Positions 27,775 through 40,534 of a DNA stretch of 64,000 nt are shown piece by piece (the first letter of the stretch is position 1; each line of letters starts with the position of its first letter). Position numbers and translations under genes: made by a program. The notes beneath the pieces were generated by a model. That model made no database searches and was not told where the DNA came from. It saw only the letters and a list, made by a program, of their open reading frames with translations. The stretch is from Somniosus microcephalus (lineage: Eukaryota): contig CM126214.1 in the NCBI GenBank assembly GCA_052327205.1, positions 177,878,001 to 177,942,000 of the forward strand, read 5' to 3'.

Positions 27775-29094
27775 GTATGTTTCCAATGTCTTAAGTGTAT
27801 TGAACACTTGATCACTTTTGTGAAAAACTTTTAAATACACAGGGAAGAACTGTTTTAAAAGCTTGATGCCACTGCCATCTTTCACTTTTTGTCCACACAA
27901 GACTTGAAGCTTCTCGTCAATCTTCTCCCATCAGAAAGGAGAAATTTCATATTGTGTAGCAAAATCATAAATTTGTTGTTAAATGACATGTTTACAATCT
28001 GAGTAGTACAGACAGGAAACCTTCTTCTCGTAGCGTTTATATGGAATAGACTATAGTGAAAATCAGTTATTCCTACGTGTATTAACTCATTTAAAAGTGA
28101 GACACTGAATAACTGGATAAGAATGGAATTAGAGGTTCTAAAGATAACATAGAATATCAAATTCTTAAAGGAGCACAGTGGTTCCAGTCAATGTTTCCCT
28201 AATTTTTGGGGGATTCGCAGCCCCTTTAACGGGCTGCACGGCCTATTCAAAAAGTTTTGCGCATGCGCAGAATTTCACATTGGAAAAGCCAGTCCCGGGC
28301 TGTGCGGGACCGGCGGACAGCCGCGCATCTTAGAGAGAACGTTGTGATTATGGTTGAGTCATTGAATCATCTATTCAATGCCAGTGGCCCACCTTCGAAA
28401 AGAAAGCAAGAAAGAACTTGCACTTACATGGCACCTTTCATGTCCTCAGGACATCCAATAGTGCTTTACAGGTTCAATGTCTCATCGGAAAGACTGATCA
28501 ATATTCCTCGATTCTTGTTTGAATAATTTGAGAGCTCAGAGAGAAAGTTACATGAGCTTTATGATCAAGGTTGTACCCTTTAAGGAAGAGGGTATGTTAG
28601 GTGGAATGCACTTTAGGACAAATTGCACATGGCCTGTGGAGAGAGTGGGCTTGATGGAATGAGTGGCTTTTGCTCATTCCATACGTTGTTCTTACCAAAT
28701 AAAAATAAAAATATTTTTTGCACTGCCCACTTCACAACAATTTTGTTAAGAACTTTGATGTACAAAATGATAGAAACATTTAAATACATTTATGGTCCTG
28801 AGTGGGTTATTTTATATCTATATTCTAGTAATTTATACCTATGCTCCTTTTGAATAATTAAAACAGCTCTTCAAAGCTTGTCGTGACAACAGGGAATCTG
28901 TACTTATTCACCAGCTGAACAATTAAAGTAGTGTTCTCAAAAGCATAGAAAGTTTCCTCAGGGGCCTGCCTCGAGTTACAACGCCAAGGATTGCTTTTTT
29001 TGTAGCCTTATGTATGCCTACTGCCACCTTAAATGACCTGTGTACCAGCACAACAAGGTCCCTCTGCTCTATTGTCCATTTAAAATTGTATCAT

Positions 29095-29467
29095 TTTAAA
29101 ATTCTCATCCTTGTTTTCAAATCCCTCCATGGCCTCGCCCCTCCCTATCTCTGTAACCTCCCCAGCCCTTCAACCCTCCGAGATATCTGCTCTCCTCCAA
29201 TTCTGGGCTCTTGAACATCCCCGATTTTAATCACTCCACCATTGGTGCCGTGCTTTCAGCTGCCAAGACTCTAAGCTCTGGAATTCCCTCCCTCAACCTC
29301 TCTACCTCTCCCTCCTCTTTTTAAGATGCTCCTTAAAACCTACCTCTTCATCTGCCCTAATATCTCCTTATGTGGCTCAGTGTCAAATTTTGTTTGATAA
29401 CACTCCTGTGAAACTCCTTGGAACGTTTTACTATGTTAAAGGTGTTATATAATTGCAAGTTGTTGTT
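29095..29467 (+). mobile_element. L2-like LINE 3' end (related copies at ~9180-9550, ~16920-17450, ~40870-40957)
   Basis: FKILILVFKSLHGLAPPYL motif, WNSLP remnant, (GTT)n tail. Confidence 0.75.
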
Positions 29468-29539
29468 GTATATATTTCCTTTTCCTATTCTTCTAAAAGG
29501 TATTACATTATACATTGAACTTGCCTATCTTCCCAACCT

Positions 29540-29810
29540 GCTAGCCTATCAATGTCCTCCTGCAGCCTTTTACGATCCTTGTTATAATTTGCAATACCTG
29601 GCCCTGTCAGCAACAAATTTTAATAGTCCCTCAATTCCGAACTTCAGATTATTTATAAATATAGCAAATATGAGCCTCCCCAACACAGACTCTTGTGGCA
29701 CACCACTCACCACATCTTTCAAGAAGTGTCCTTTTACCCCTAACCTTTGCCTCCTGACCTTCAACCATCTCTCTATCAATGTGGCCATATTCCCCTTAAT
29801 TCCACATGCT
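29540..29810 (-). mobile_element. CR1 RT fragment
   Basis: RRQR…SGVPQESVLG…FINNL…KFVAD remnant. Confidence 0.75.
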
Positions 29811-30271
29811 GTTGCAATAAGACTTTGCTGCATTGTCAGAGGTGTTGTCTTTTGGATCGGACATTGAATCGGGGCCCCTTCTGTCTGTTTAGGTGGATGT
29901 AAAAGAAGAGAAACCGTTCTCCCAGTGCCCTGGCCAGCGTTTCCCCCTTCAGCTGGTACCATGAGAAACAGATTATCTAGTCATTCATTTATTTGCTGTT
30001 TGTCGGACTTTTTATTTCAGTGAGATGCAGTAGTGTAACACCAGCTATATGTAGGTGATCTATACAATGGACAAAATATTCATATAGATATGCAGCGTGA
30101 ACTGAAGTGAACATTCTGTAGTGGACTTCTCTCAACTTTGCAAATGTAATTACAGAAGGAACATTAGTGCATTCAAATCTTGTTGCTGTCCCAGTCTGAA
30201 TATATGACGTGACTCAGGATTTTTTGTTGTTCTTAGTCATCATCATATATATGTAGCACATTGTATTTCAG

Positions 30272-30505
30272 CAGGTGCACATGGAGGTATGAGCATTGCT
30301 CAGCAAACAGCCATGGCAACAGGAGAGTGGGGATTGCCAAACTCTACTGGAAACGCAGGTCCCACTTCTATGATCAGACCAGGCTCAGACTATAGCTCAA
30401 CTATGCAAAGAGCTATGGTGGGTAACTCCTCACTTGGAATGCAGATGCGGCCTAATGGACAGTCCAGTGCCAGAACATTACTTCAGCAGCAGATGATGGG
30501 AATGA
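30272..30505 (+). CDS. NCOA3: NCOA3 exon (…ATGEWGLPNSTG…RTLLQQQMMGM); tandem CAGCAG acceptor allows a start at 30272 or 30275
   Basis: G(D/E)WGLPNS motif; A|gtaagt donor; phase 1-1. Confidence 0.88.
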
Positions 30506-31327
30506 GTAAGTTTTTTTTTCTTCTTTTTCTTTTCTCCCCCTGCCTCTCTTCCTGAAACCATCTGACAGAAATGAATGCATCCTGATTTTTGAATTCTGCA
30601 TTTTGATTGAAGGGTAAGCTAACGCTTATTTAAGTATAGTCTGACCTCTAAAGTCAGTCCTTTCATTACATTACTCACTTTTCTATCCTTTAATTATTGT
30701 GCTTGTTTATATTTTTGTTTCTCTGGTCGGAGCAGTCATCCTCACTTGTCAAGAATTACGGGTCAACACTTGTTACAATAAGATCTTTCTATCTAAAGCA
30801 AACCTATAAAATATTTTTGCACAGATAATTAAGCAGGATCAGGACCAGGTTGGGTTCAGCCATGGCCCATTAGCCTGCCAGTGCTCGCTGTTTAGGCTCA
30901 GACGCAAAGAATGGCTACTCGGGTGCGGTTCTGGAGGGTGCTTGTGGAATCATATCCCAGCATTAATCAAATGAACAGAGGAGAACATTGGTGAGGAAAT
31001 TTTAAAATGGACACCAGTGGTAGAACAGTGTGCTTCTCTACATGGTGAGCTCAGGAGAGGACACTGAGAAAGCAAGGCACTCATGAGAGGGAGCAAGAAA
31101 AATTGGAGCAGTATCGAGCTGTTCTTAAGCACCTGATTTCAGCAGGCTTGAGTTGTATTGGTGGAGGCAGAGGAGCAGACCACAAACCCGCCCTCTTGGC
31201 TGGAAGTTGATGTGTAGTCGGCGGGGGGGCTCGATAAAGATCAGTTGATTTATTTAATTTTACTTTACAGCATCCAGATTTTTAAAAAAGTCTGCAATTT
31301 TTTTTCCACAATTATCTTATTACCTAG

Positions 31328-31457
31328 GACCTTCAGAAATGGATATGGGTCTTGGAAGTCCCCAGTTTGGGCAACAGCAAGGTCCAGCTAATCCAACTAC
31401 ATCATGGTCAGACGGTGTCCTTCAGATGGAACAAGGACCTTCAGTCAATCAGAACAG
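31328..31457 (+). CDS. NCOA3: NCOA3 exon (PSEMDMGLGSPQFGQQQGPANPTTSWSDGVLQMEQ…QNR)
   Basis: translated by hand; tag acceptor, AG|gttagt donor; 130 nt, phase 1-2. Confidence 0.92.
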
Positions 31458-32571
31458 GTTAGTTTGTCAGTTGTGCTGGAAACAAAATTGGTTGGGCTGC
31501 TTTTTTTAAGATTCCACTGACCAAGGTGTCAATGTTTGCTCCAAATGTGAACTGGAATCAGCCGGTCTTTAACCTTTGATGGCTTTTTTGTGTCCGCTTC
31601 AAGCATTCCCAGGTCAGATGTTTCAAGCATTCCCAGGTCAGATGTAACACTAGTTAAGAGCAGAGTAAAATTCCATCTACAATGCTTTGCGAGCAGCCCC
31701 ATCGCTGACATTTCCATTTCCTGTATTGAGCATCTTTGTGGCCTCTCTGAATGATTATGTTAATTAGTGGCAAATCTACAAGTCATTTGTTGCTGTGTTG
31801 TGCCCTCTGGGGACTGTTTTGAGACTGCCCAAACTTACTTCATGACTCAGAGACTTTCATGCCACCATTTGGCTGGGTTCCAACACACTGCACCAACCAT
31901 CCCACCAATATACATTTTCTGTGAGGTGAGCTTGTGTAAGATTTGGATCACAGGTCACACACACATTACCCAAAGGATCTTAGGCGTTGTAAGGCTTTTT
32001 ATTAAATGACATGACTGGAATCTTTCTGTGTCATCAACTTAAACAAACTGCTGATCTAGGGAAACCGTAACAGACTATTATTTCTTTCAATCCACGATTT
32101 CTTACACTTGTCAAACTGAAGTTGAGCTGGGTAATAGGCTGTCCCAGGGCCAGTGATTAGCAGTTTCTTTGACACCAAGGATATGTTTCATTGTATTCAA
32201 GTGTTGAGTAAGAGCAACAAGGAGTCACCCCCCTATCAGTTTTCTCTCCTTCACTCCTTGGCCAGCCTCTAGCATCCATTCAATGCCTCCTTCTGATGGG
32301 ATGGCAAAGATTGGGAACTTGCAATACAAGGAAGGAGGGAACTGAGCCGGTGTCTTAGCACCCTGTAGAACCTAGTGTGTGAACAACAGCATGCATCTCT
32401 GCCTCCCAGCAGATTTTCTTTGGTTCCATTTTCAAAGTGCTTCTGCTTTACTAAAGGGAGATAATTCCAGCAAATGGAACTATACTTGTGGGCCTCACTC
32501 CAATGGGGGAGAGAGCACAGCAGTGGAATTAGTTTTGGATTACTCTTGCAAAGAGCCGATATAGACACAAT

Positions 32572-33364
32572 GGGCTTGATTTTCCAAGCCCCTTGGAGGC
32601 GGGAGTGGTGGGAAAATTGCAGAATCGGGGGGCAGGAACCCATCCCGCCTCCGTGCCAATGTCCCAGGAAGCGGGTACCCGACCTGTGCTGGGAGCCGCC
32701 TCCCCGAAGCGGGAAGGGGCTTAGTGCCAATTAACTGCCCGTTAACGGGCAGTTTTTTGCCTAATCCCTATTTTTAGCCCTGAAGTGTGGACTGTCCGAC
32801 GGCTCCAAACCACACCAAGTTAGCAAGGCGGACCGTCGGTCTGCAGGGGTTGGAGGGGTCGAGATGTCCGTTGTGCAGGTGAGTGATGGGTGCATGTGTG
32901 CAGAGGTAAGTGTAAAGTGTTTTAATAAGTTTTACTTACCTTTATTTTCTCCTGCAGGCTCCCTTCAGTTCTCGGGAGTCGCTCAGCTCACCGGCACAGA
33001 AAGCAAAATGGCCGCTGAATGTCAACAGCTGCAGCCTCTGCTTTCTGGTCTGGAGAGCTCTCTAACTGAGTTTGAGTAGAAGGACTCAAGTTAGAAGACA
33101 GATTGTCCGTGTTTGACAGCTTCACAGAGCTGTCAAACGCTGATTTTTCATCTGTCAAAAGCCCTTGACAGATGAAATGTCAATCGCTGACGTCACCAGT
33201 AACCAGGTGTCCCTTAATTGGCCTGCTGAGCCCGCTGGGCGGGCTTAACAAGGTCAATCCAGGGAAAGTAGCGTGGGTTGGCCACAAGTCGATGGAGGCG
33301 GGACTACAACCCAAAAAGTGGGAGTCCCGCCTCCAAAAGCTCCCCATTGACAAAAATCGAGCCC
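32572..33364. mobile_element. PIF/Harbinger-type MITE, family A copy 1
   Basis: imperfect TIR GGGCTTGATTTT…GGAGGCGGGA / TCCCGCCTCC…AAAATCGAGCCC; 3-bp TSD AAT. Confidence 0.8.
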
Positions 33365-33637
33365 AATGGGTCGAATGGGCTCCTGTGCCGTAAGCTTCTC
33401 TGATCTAAGTACTGGAGCTATTAATGTGATAAAAATGGGAAAGCTAATCTCAGTGATTCACATAAAGTATAAGGTGAAAGGGAATGCAGATGGTGGTCAG
33501 AACCTCTGGATTGATATGTATTAAAGCAGTCATGTACCCTGTTATCCTCCTTTCTCTCGCCCAAGTTACCGTTTGTTTGTAGTAAATCTATTTATACCCG
33601 CAATGATGCATTTGGTTGTAAATACGGTCTGTTGCAG

Positions 33638-33809
33638 GCAGCCATTTGGAAGCTCCCTGGATGATCTTCTTTGCCCTCCCACTACTCCAGAGGCTCAGAA
33701 TGATGAAAAGGCTCTACTGGATCAGTTAGACACACTGCTGAGCAATGCAGATGAAATGGGTCTAGAAGAAATTGACAGGGCATTAGGAATTCCAGATCTT
33801 ATCAGTCAG
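33638..33809 (+). CDS. NCOA3: NCOA3 exon, CBP/p300-interaction domain (SLDDLL…[13 protein letters not shown]…[16 protein letters not shown])
   Basis: AD1/CID signature; canonical splice sites; 172 nt. Confidence 0.96.
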
Positions 33810-33970
33810 GTACAACAATCAACACTTTTCTGTTTTGTATTTTTCTTTTATTGATTTGTGGCCATAATGGTAAGGGATGTCGGTACTGGGGAATGGTAAA
33901 TAAAAGTTTGTACATTGTGCTGCCATCGAGCAGCCTTAATGTTGGTACTTCATCCCATCAATGTAACCCA

Positions 33971-33971
<1 letters not shown>

Positions 33972-34003
<32 letters not shown>
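33972..34003 (+). repeat. (AC)16 microsatellite
   Basis: seen directly. Confidence 0.95.
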
Positions 34004-34005
<2 letters not shown>

Positions 34006-35716
34006 AGTATGGCGTTGCCAATTTCCAGAGAAAGCTTCCTGGGTAATCTGAAAGCAAATCAGCAAGTAGTTGGAGCTATCCTGTGTGACTACCGTTCTCC
34101 CATGTGCAAATTCTGCATGTCTGGCAACATAGGTCATAAAATACTCAACACAGATATTACTAGCTTCAGCTGTATTTTGCATTCAGCATTTCCTACATCT
34201 CTTCCCCCACACTGCATGCCCAACATTGTCTTGGTATTAATTTCACTTTGGGTGCTAATCTGTTCTTCACTGAGTTGGTTTGCCAGCCCAGTCCCTGCAT
34301 CGCTGGTTAAACATACAGATGTTGGCAGCAAAGTACGGCTGATGGTGGTGTGTTCATGGAGAGCAATGAGAATACCCCATTTCACCAGTGTAACCGTTCA
34401 TTTCTACATAACATTTCACAATGGACTGATTTGTGGGTTGGCAGGGAGTGAAGTAAATTGACGTGGGAGGAACAAAGGAATCCGTGTCTCACTTATATGT
34501 TCTTAAGTTTTTAAATATTAAAGCTTAAATCTATATCCCAAAGGTATCCATAGAAAGCCTACAATCTGAGTGCCTGGGTTCTGCATCTGCCTTCTCAATT
34601 AGGGTTGGCTGGGATATGCATCTAGCTCCTCAATTAAGATGTATGAACAATTTGAGTTGACAAACCTTATGAATAATGTTCACAAAGTATACTACCCCCC
34701 AATTTGTTGTGATAGTCACTCATGCCGCTTTGAAGAGGAATGTCTTGAAGGTGTTTTTTTGAAATTCCCTATTTCTACTGAGTGATTAATGGAGCAGATT
34801 ACCACCATAATAAATCTCCTTCAATTACTTCGGGGACACTGCTTTGGCGGGTGGTGGAAGAGCAAGAAAGAGAATTTCTGTGCACTTAAAATGGCCTAAT
34901 TTTATCAGATTTAGTGCCCTAGCAAAATTATAGTTAAATATCTGACTCCTCAAACCTGCAATCGGATGCAAGACAGTGCACTGTCTGTAAATGGAAAAAG
35001 TGCCCTGTATCTTGTATGTTTATTGTATCAGAGTGCAGTAAACATTTTCTCAACCACATTTACTCCACTTAAATGCCCCAAAGGAAATTCAGTTCAAAGT
35101 GGAGAAATGGATGAATGTGCTACTCCTTTAAATTGGAGATTGTGGGGCAGAAATTGGACTTCATTTTGCCAGTTCGGGTGTAAAATAGGAGCAAAAAATG
35201 ACCAATTTGCGGAACTACGCCCACGCCTCAGGGGAACCAGAAATACATCCGACGCCACATTGGCTCGAGCAATATTCAGACATCTCTGGTGGCTGCCTTA
35301 AACGAGCATTAGCTGCCTTGCATATGCTAATGAAGAAAGAAGCACCTAAGCCTGCCTAATGCCCCCACTCTGAAATTGGTCAGAAACTAGAGGGACCTTG
35401 CGCTGCGCATGATCCGACCAGTTTTTCAGGCTCTACGACGGCCGAACCAGCTGTCCTTAAAGGCAAGGTAAATAAACTTGTTTTCACTTAGCTGAATGTG
35501 GAGCTAGGAGGAGCAGGTGTGCCCCTGGCTTCACAGAAATACTGCTGCTGCTGCCGGCCCACCCTTTCCTGTTTGCCTTCTTCCCCCTCAGGGCCTATTT
35601 GAAGGCCACTGCCGGTGGTCGAGCCGTCCGATTTTGTTTTGGGCCTGCAAAGGGACACCCGATTGGCATCCACAGATTGCCGGCATCATGGTAATGAAGC
35701 TGGAGGACTAATTTCA

Positions 35717-35753
35717 GGTTCTGACGAAGGGTCATCGACCTGAAACGTTAACT
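35717..35753 (+). ncRNA. minimal type I hammerhead ribozyme motif with intact core
   Basis: GGUU-CUGACGA-A-GGGUC(AUC)GACCU-GAAAC-GUU-AACU; palindromic ACGU stem III as in Penelope minimal hammerheads. Confidence 0.72.
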
Positions 35754-35821
35754 CTATTTCTCTCTCCCCAGATGCTGCCTGACCTGCTGAGTATTTCCAG
35801 CATTTTCTGTTTTTATTTTAT
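35719..35821 (+). mobile_element. 103-bp Penelope-like 3'-end insertion nested in a MITE
   Basis: perfect 13-bp TSD GACTAATTTCAGG (35706-35718, 35822-35834). Confidence 0.88.
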
Positions 35822-36334
35822 GACTAATTTCAGGGCATCCTCTTCAGGCGGGTGTTGCAGTTGCGCCTTCCGTTTCGCGCCCGTAGTCGGATACGAACCA
35901 ATTTCTCCCCCATGGTTATTTGTATTTTGATGAAAATGGCAGACTAAACCAACTCAATGAAATCCTTTTCTTTTATTTGTCCTGTAAAGTTTTGCGTGCT
36001 TTTAGCAAACTGTCAAAGAACAAACATTGATGTGAAGCGCATTTTTAGTCAAATAAGAGCTTTTTGTGTAGTAGTCCAATTCTGTATGTGACTTGTTCGC
36101 CATTTTACATGTAAAAGTTCTTTGAAGAGAGGTGTTATGGTGTTGTATCAGACAAACTGGGTTGACAGATCTGGGAGAGTGGTGGCATTGTACTAAGAAC
36201 TAGACTGCAGTCTATATATAGAACTTAAGAATTTGAATTTGTTAAAGATAATACAGAGATGAATATTTTGAATACTTTCACCTTTTATTGAGATTTTGCA
36301 GAATTAATTAACCCTTATTATTTTTACTGCCTAG

Positions 36335-36640
36335 GCTCAACCTCTTGAGGCACACTCGGAACTGTTCTCAGGGCAGGACACAGCCATGATGTTAGAACAG
36401 AAAACTATGTACGGTCAGCCATTTCCTTCCCAGGCTGGTCCAGTGCAGGGATGTTATCCTTCCATGCAGGGCCAGCAACCAGGCTTTAACCCCATGATGA
36501 ATCAAATGGGTCAACAAGGCAGCTTCCCCCTTCCCAACATCCATGCCCGAGCAAGCTTCATCCGGCACCGCATGATGAATGCTTCTGCTCCCAAGCAACT
36601 TAGATTCCAACTTCAACAGAGGTTACAAGGCCAGCAGCAG
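36335..36640 (+). CDS. NCOA3: NCOA3 exon, Q-rich region (…PKQLRFQLQQRLQGQQQ)
   Basis: KQLRxQLQQRLQGQQ motif; tag acceptor, CAG|gtaaga donor; 306 nt. Confidence 0.94.
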
Positions 36641-36745
36641 GTAAGAGCAGCTTGCGCTTTGAGTCAGATTGTCCATGTTGAAGATGTACTATCTCTCTCG
36701 CACCTTTTCAAAGTTTGATCTTGGATCTTGTAAATGAAAAGAAAT

Positions 36746-37350
36746 GGGCCTAGAAATTGGTTTGTGCCGGCAGTCCGATCCCTGCGAGTAAGCCCGAGGC
36801 ACAATGTCATGTATATCAGATTGGCGAGCTGCGGACACTTGCAAGGCATCCCCAGCCAGCTTGCCGGCGAAGAACATTTGAATTTGGGGCCGCTGGGCAC
36901 CGACAACAGCCCTCGGGTGTGTTTTGGGAGAGCGACCAGAAAGGGGGGTGATCGGGACGAGGTCAAAGTGGTGATCGGGAGGGGCCTCAAGCAGTGGCCC
37001 ATGGTTTTAATGTGGCGCCTCCCCGATCCACATTAAGGTAATGATTTTACCTTTTTGGTGGCGGCCTGCAGCGGTCCCTTTAAGGATCGCTGGTTAGGCC
37101 ACATGCTGACCTGTTTTTTTTTTTAACGCAGTCAGCCCAGCACCAGCTGTGATCAGGGCAAACCAATTTGTCAAGGAGGTATCAAAGGGGTGTTTGGTCT
37201 CTTATTTGCATATGCAAAGGGCCTAGCACATGCTTCAGATGTGGGCTCTTGATGCCTATACCAATATGGGAGCAGGCAAACTTCCTGCTCAAAATGTTTG
37301 GCACCCATTTTGCACCTGTACACGGTGCGGCATCAACGAATTTCTAGGCC
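36746..37350. mobile_element. TIR element (Harbinger-like MITE)
   Basis: GGCCTAGAAATT…TTGTGCCG / CGGCATCAA…AATTTCTAGGCC inverted termini. Confidence 0.68.
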
Positions 37351-37394
37351 ATTCCTCCTTGTCCTGGTCAATAATTGTTATTTTTCATCCTAAT

Positions 37395-37810
37395 TAAGGG
37401 GCTACTCTTTCAAAACTGAGATGAGGAGGAACTGCTTCACTCAGAGGGTGGTAGGTCCATGGAATATGCTGCCCCAAAAAGCTGTAGAAGCTACATCATT
37501 ACATAAATTTAAAACAGAAATAGACAGTTTCCTAGAAGTAAAGGGAATTAAGGGTTATGGGGAGCGGGCAGGAATTTGGACATGAGTCTAGGTTCGGATC
37601 GGTCATGGCCCTGTGGGTAGCGGAGCGGGCCCAGGGGCCGTGTAGCCTGATCCTGCTCCTATTTCGTGTTTCTAATTCTGTTAGATTCAGGAGATGGTTC
37701 TGTGATAGTAGATTGGCGGTTAGGATCAGATCAGCCATGATCTTATTGAATGGCGGAGCAGGCTCGAGGGGCCGATTGGCCTACTCCTGCTCCTATTTCT
37801 TATGTTCTAA
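37395..37810 (+). mobile_element. CR1 3' end(s)
   Basis: terminal ORF2 remnant and two successive 3' hairpin/tail modules. Confidence 0.75.
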
Positions 37811-37895
37811 TTTCACCATGGTTATCTTTCTGACAGTATCAGTTCACAGTCAGCCTAAGTATTCAGATGGTTTGAAGTAAAGAACTGAACATTTA

Positions 37896-38731
37896 GGGCT
37901 GGATTTTGCCAGCCCTGGGGAGGTGGGTTTGGAGGCGGGACTGCCGGGAAAATGGCAGAATCTGGGGGCGGGTACCCATCCCGCCCCTAACCCGCATTCG
38001 TGCCATCTTCCCAGGGGGCGGGTAGCCGACCCACGCTGGGCCCCGTCTCCTGGAAGCGAGAAGGGGATTAGAGCCACTCAACTGCCTGTTAACAGGTAGT
38101 TAACAGACAGTTAAGAGGATTATCCCCATTTTTCCAACAGAGGCGCGGGCTTCCCGACTTCGGGAAACACTGCCAGGGTCACCGAGGTGAGCAGGGGGTC
38201 TGTGGGGTGCAAAAGTGCGCTGTGAAGGTAAGTGATGGGTGCAAGTGTGGAGAGGTAAGTATGTGAGGTGAGTGGAAAGTGATAGAAAATGTTTACTTAC
38301 CTTTGTTTCTTCCTGCAGGCTTCAACAGTTGGGGATGCGGAGAGTCTCGCATCTCACCGGCAGAGATGACGGATGGCTGCTGCATTCTCCGATGCAACAT
38401 CCATCTAATTTCTGCTCGCAAGAGGTTTGATGAGTCTTTAATACAAGGACTCATCAAACAACATAGAATGTCAGTGTTTGACAGCTTCACAGAGCTGTCA
38501 AACGATGACAATTCATCTGTCAAACATTTTTGACAGATGAAACATCATACGCTGACGTTCTCTGTAACCGGCTTTCCCTTAATTGGCCTGCTAAGCCCGC
38601 TGGGCGGGCTTAACAAGGTCAATCAAGGGAAAATAGCGTGGGTTGGCCAGAAGTCGATGGAGGCGGGACTAAAACCCGACAAGTGGGAGTCCCACCTCCA
38701 ACACACCCCCATTGGCAAAACGCCCCCCCCC
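37896..38731. mobile_element. PIF/Harbinger-type MITE, family A copy 2 (more diverged)
   Basis: colinear with copies 1 and 3; long imperfect TIR; TSD unclear. Confidence 0.75.
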
Positions 38732-39615
38732 TAATTTCTGGAAACTTAAGTGGTGAAGCTTTTAATATTTTGGCTTGAAATTGGAATCCCTATTTCTACA
38801 GTGCCCCATTTGGTCATTGAAGATGCTTAGAATCTTGTCTGTGGAAAAATTCACATTCTTAATACGATTTGTTATGAAGATATTTAAATAGTTAGTCGCC
38901 AAGGTCAAGAAGAGGAAGTGAAAGGTTTGTGTACCCACACTGCTGAATTCCTCATGCCTGGTTCCTGCCAATCACAGAGCCAGAAATCTGACGCAAATTG
39001 CAGCTATTGCCAGCGTAAATATACAGAGCACCACAATCTTCACAGCCAATTACAGTAGTGTGATTTTTCTTTTTGCTGTATTCCACTACTGGTGAGGTTC
39101 TCCTATATAAGCCCTGGGTGTGATTGTGGGGCCCTATTGCTTACTGGCACTGATGGATTTCAATAGCTTTGTTAAATCTACTGTTTTAGGACATTGATTT
39201 TACGGTGTGCTCTGCAGCTGAATAGCACGACACAGTTCTATGCTCATAATTCCTCAAGCGCCCCATTTCCTTGTAGCTGCTGTAATTTTGGCGATTGGAG
39301 AGCGATAGGGAGTCAAAGCTTGTTACTTCCCCATAGCGAAGAAAAATCTACCATTTGCTTACTTGATCTCTGGATACCTGGTCACCTTTGAGTAGCTTTG
39401 TTAACCTTTTATACAGTTGAGCAATGGATGGCAATTCTTGTTCTTGATCATTGAGTTGGTGCTAGAGGTCAGCTGATTATGTCACTCTTCAATCTTGTTA
39501 TAAATTCTGGCTTCTCTCCATGCACGGGATATAAAAGCATTTGGCTGCATTGATGTGGAGTGCTGTATTTGAATCAGAATTAGGAAGACATTCTTGAAAT
39601 TTGTGTTTTTTAAAG

Positions 39616-39717
39616 CTTATGAATCCAAATCGTCAGACCCTTGGAGTCAAACTGGAAGGTCCCAGTGCAGTCAATCCAGCTCTCCGGCCAGGAATACAGC
39701 AGCAAATGGTGGCGCAG
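39616..39717 (+). CDS. NCOA3: NCOA3 exon (LMNPNRQTLGVKLEGPSAVNPALRPGIQQQMVAQ)
   Basis: translated by hand; aag acceptor after a T-tract, CAG|gtaagt donor; 102 nt. Confidence 0.87.
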
Positions 39718-40534
39718 GTAAGTGGCCAGCGTTCATCCTTTACTAATAATATTTTTTTATCTGTGATTACTGCATAAAATAACAAAGTGGTTTTCCCCAG
39801 CAGGCCGATTTTGTTAAGATGCACGATGTGTGTTTGTCACTGAGGGTCCGAGTGAAGTGTTGTTTTGTTTTTCTATAGTTCAGATGGTGCATAATGTGTA
39901 TTCTCCATCCGAGCTTGTGGTACAATGAGTCCCCTGAATACATTTATAATGACTTCTAATCTATCTTAAGTAGTTACTGCACCCCTACCATACACTTCTA
40001 TTTTCTGACTTGTCATGAAGACCAAGAATAGTTTGGGACCCAAAAAAAAGTGTAATTCCCAGTAACCGCATATCATTGTTAAACAGGGTTTGAGAGTCAA
40101 GGGGGGAGCTGGGGACGATTACTCCAGTTACTGAAGTATAATGGCACCAGTGTATGCAGGAAATGAAGCAGCTATTTCTATCAGTCCAGAACTGTGCAGA
40201 GACTTTTTTTACATGGATATTTCTGGACAAGTGCATTACTCCACGTTATTCAAATTATCATTCTACTGTACTCGGCAGAAACTGATCAGGACTGTCCTAG
40301 AGACCATCGGAACTGTCTTTGAGAAAGCCAACTTTGGACCAGTTGTCTTGTTTCCTAGAGCTGGGCTCTGGTACCGTCGGTTATGCTGTTGAAATTATTC
40401 CATGCTCAACGCCATATAAATTCTAAACAGAAATAATTGATCACATTCCAATCCTAATAAATTGGTCTGTGGATCATTTGTGGGCTGCTTATGTCTTCTT
40501 TTGTACTCATTTGTAAGGTTTTCTCCATGCACAG

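Larger units (their letters stand above)
35144..35910. mobile_element. TIR element (Harbinger-like MITE, different family)
   Basis: GGGGCAGAAATTGG at the left end and CCAATTTCTCCCC at the right; GC-rich interior. Confidence 0.6.

Noticed and set aside
31598-31645. 24-bp tandem duplication in an intron
   Set aside because: Ordinary slippage duplication with no sign of function
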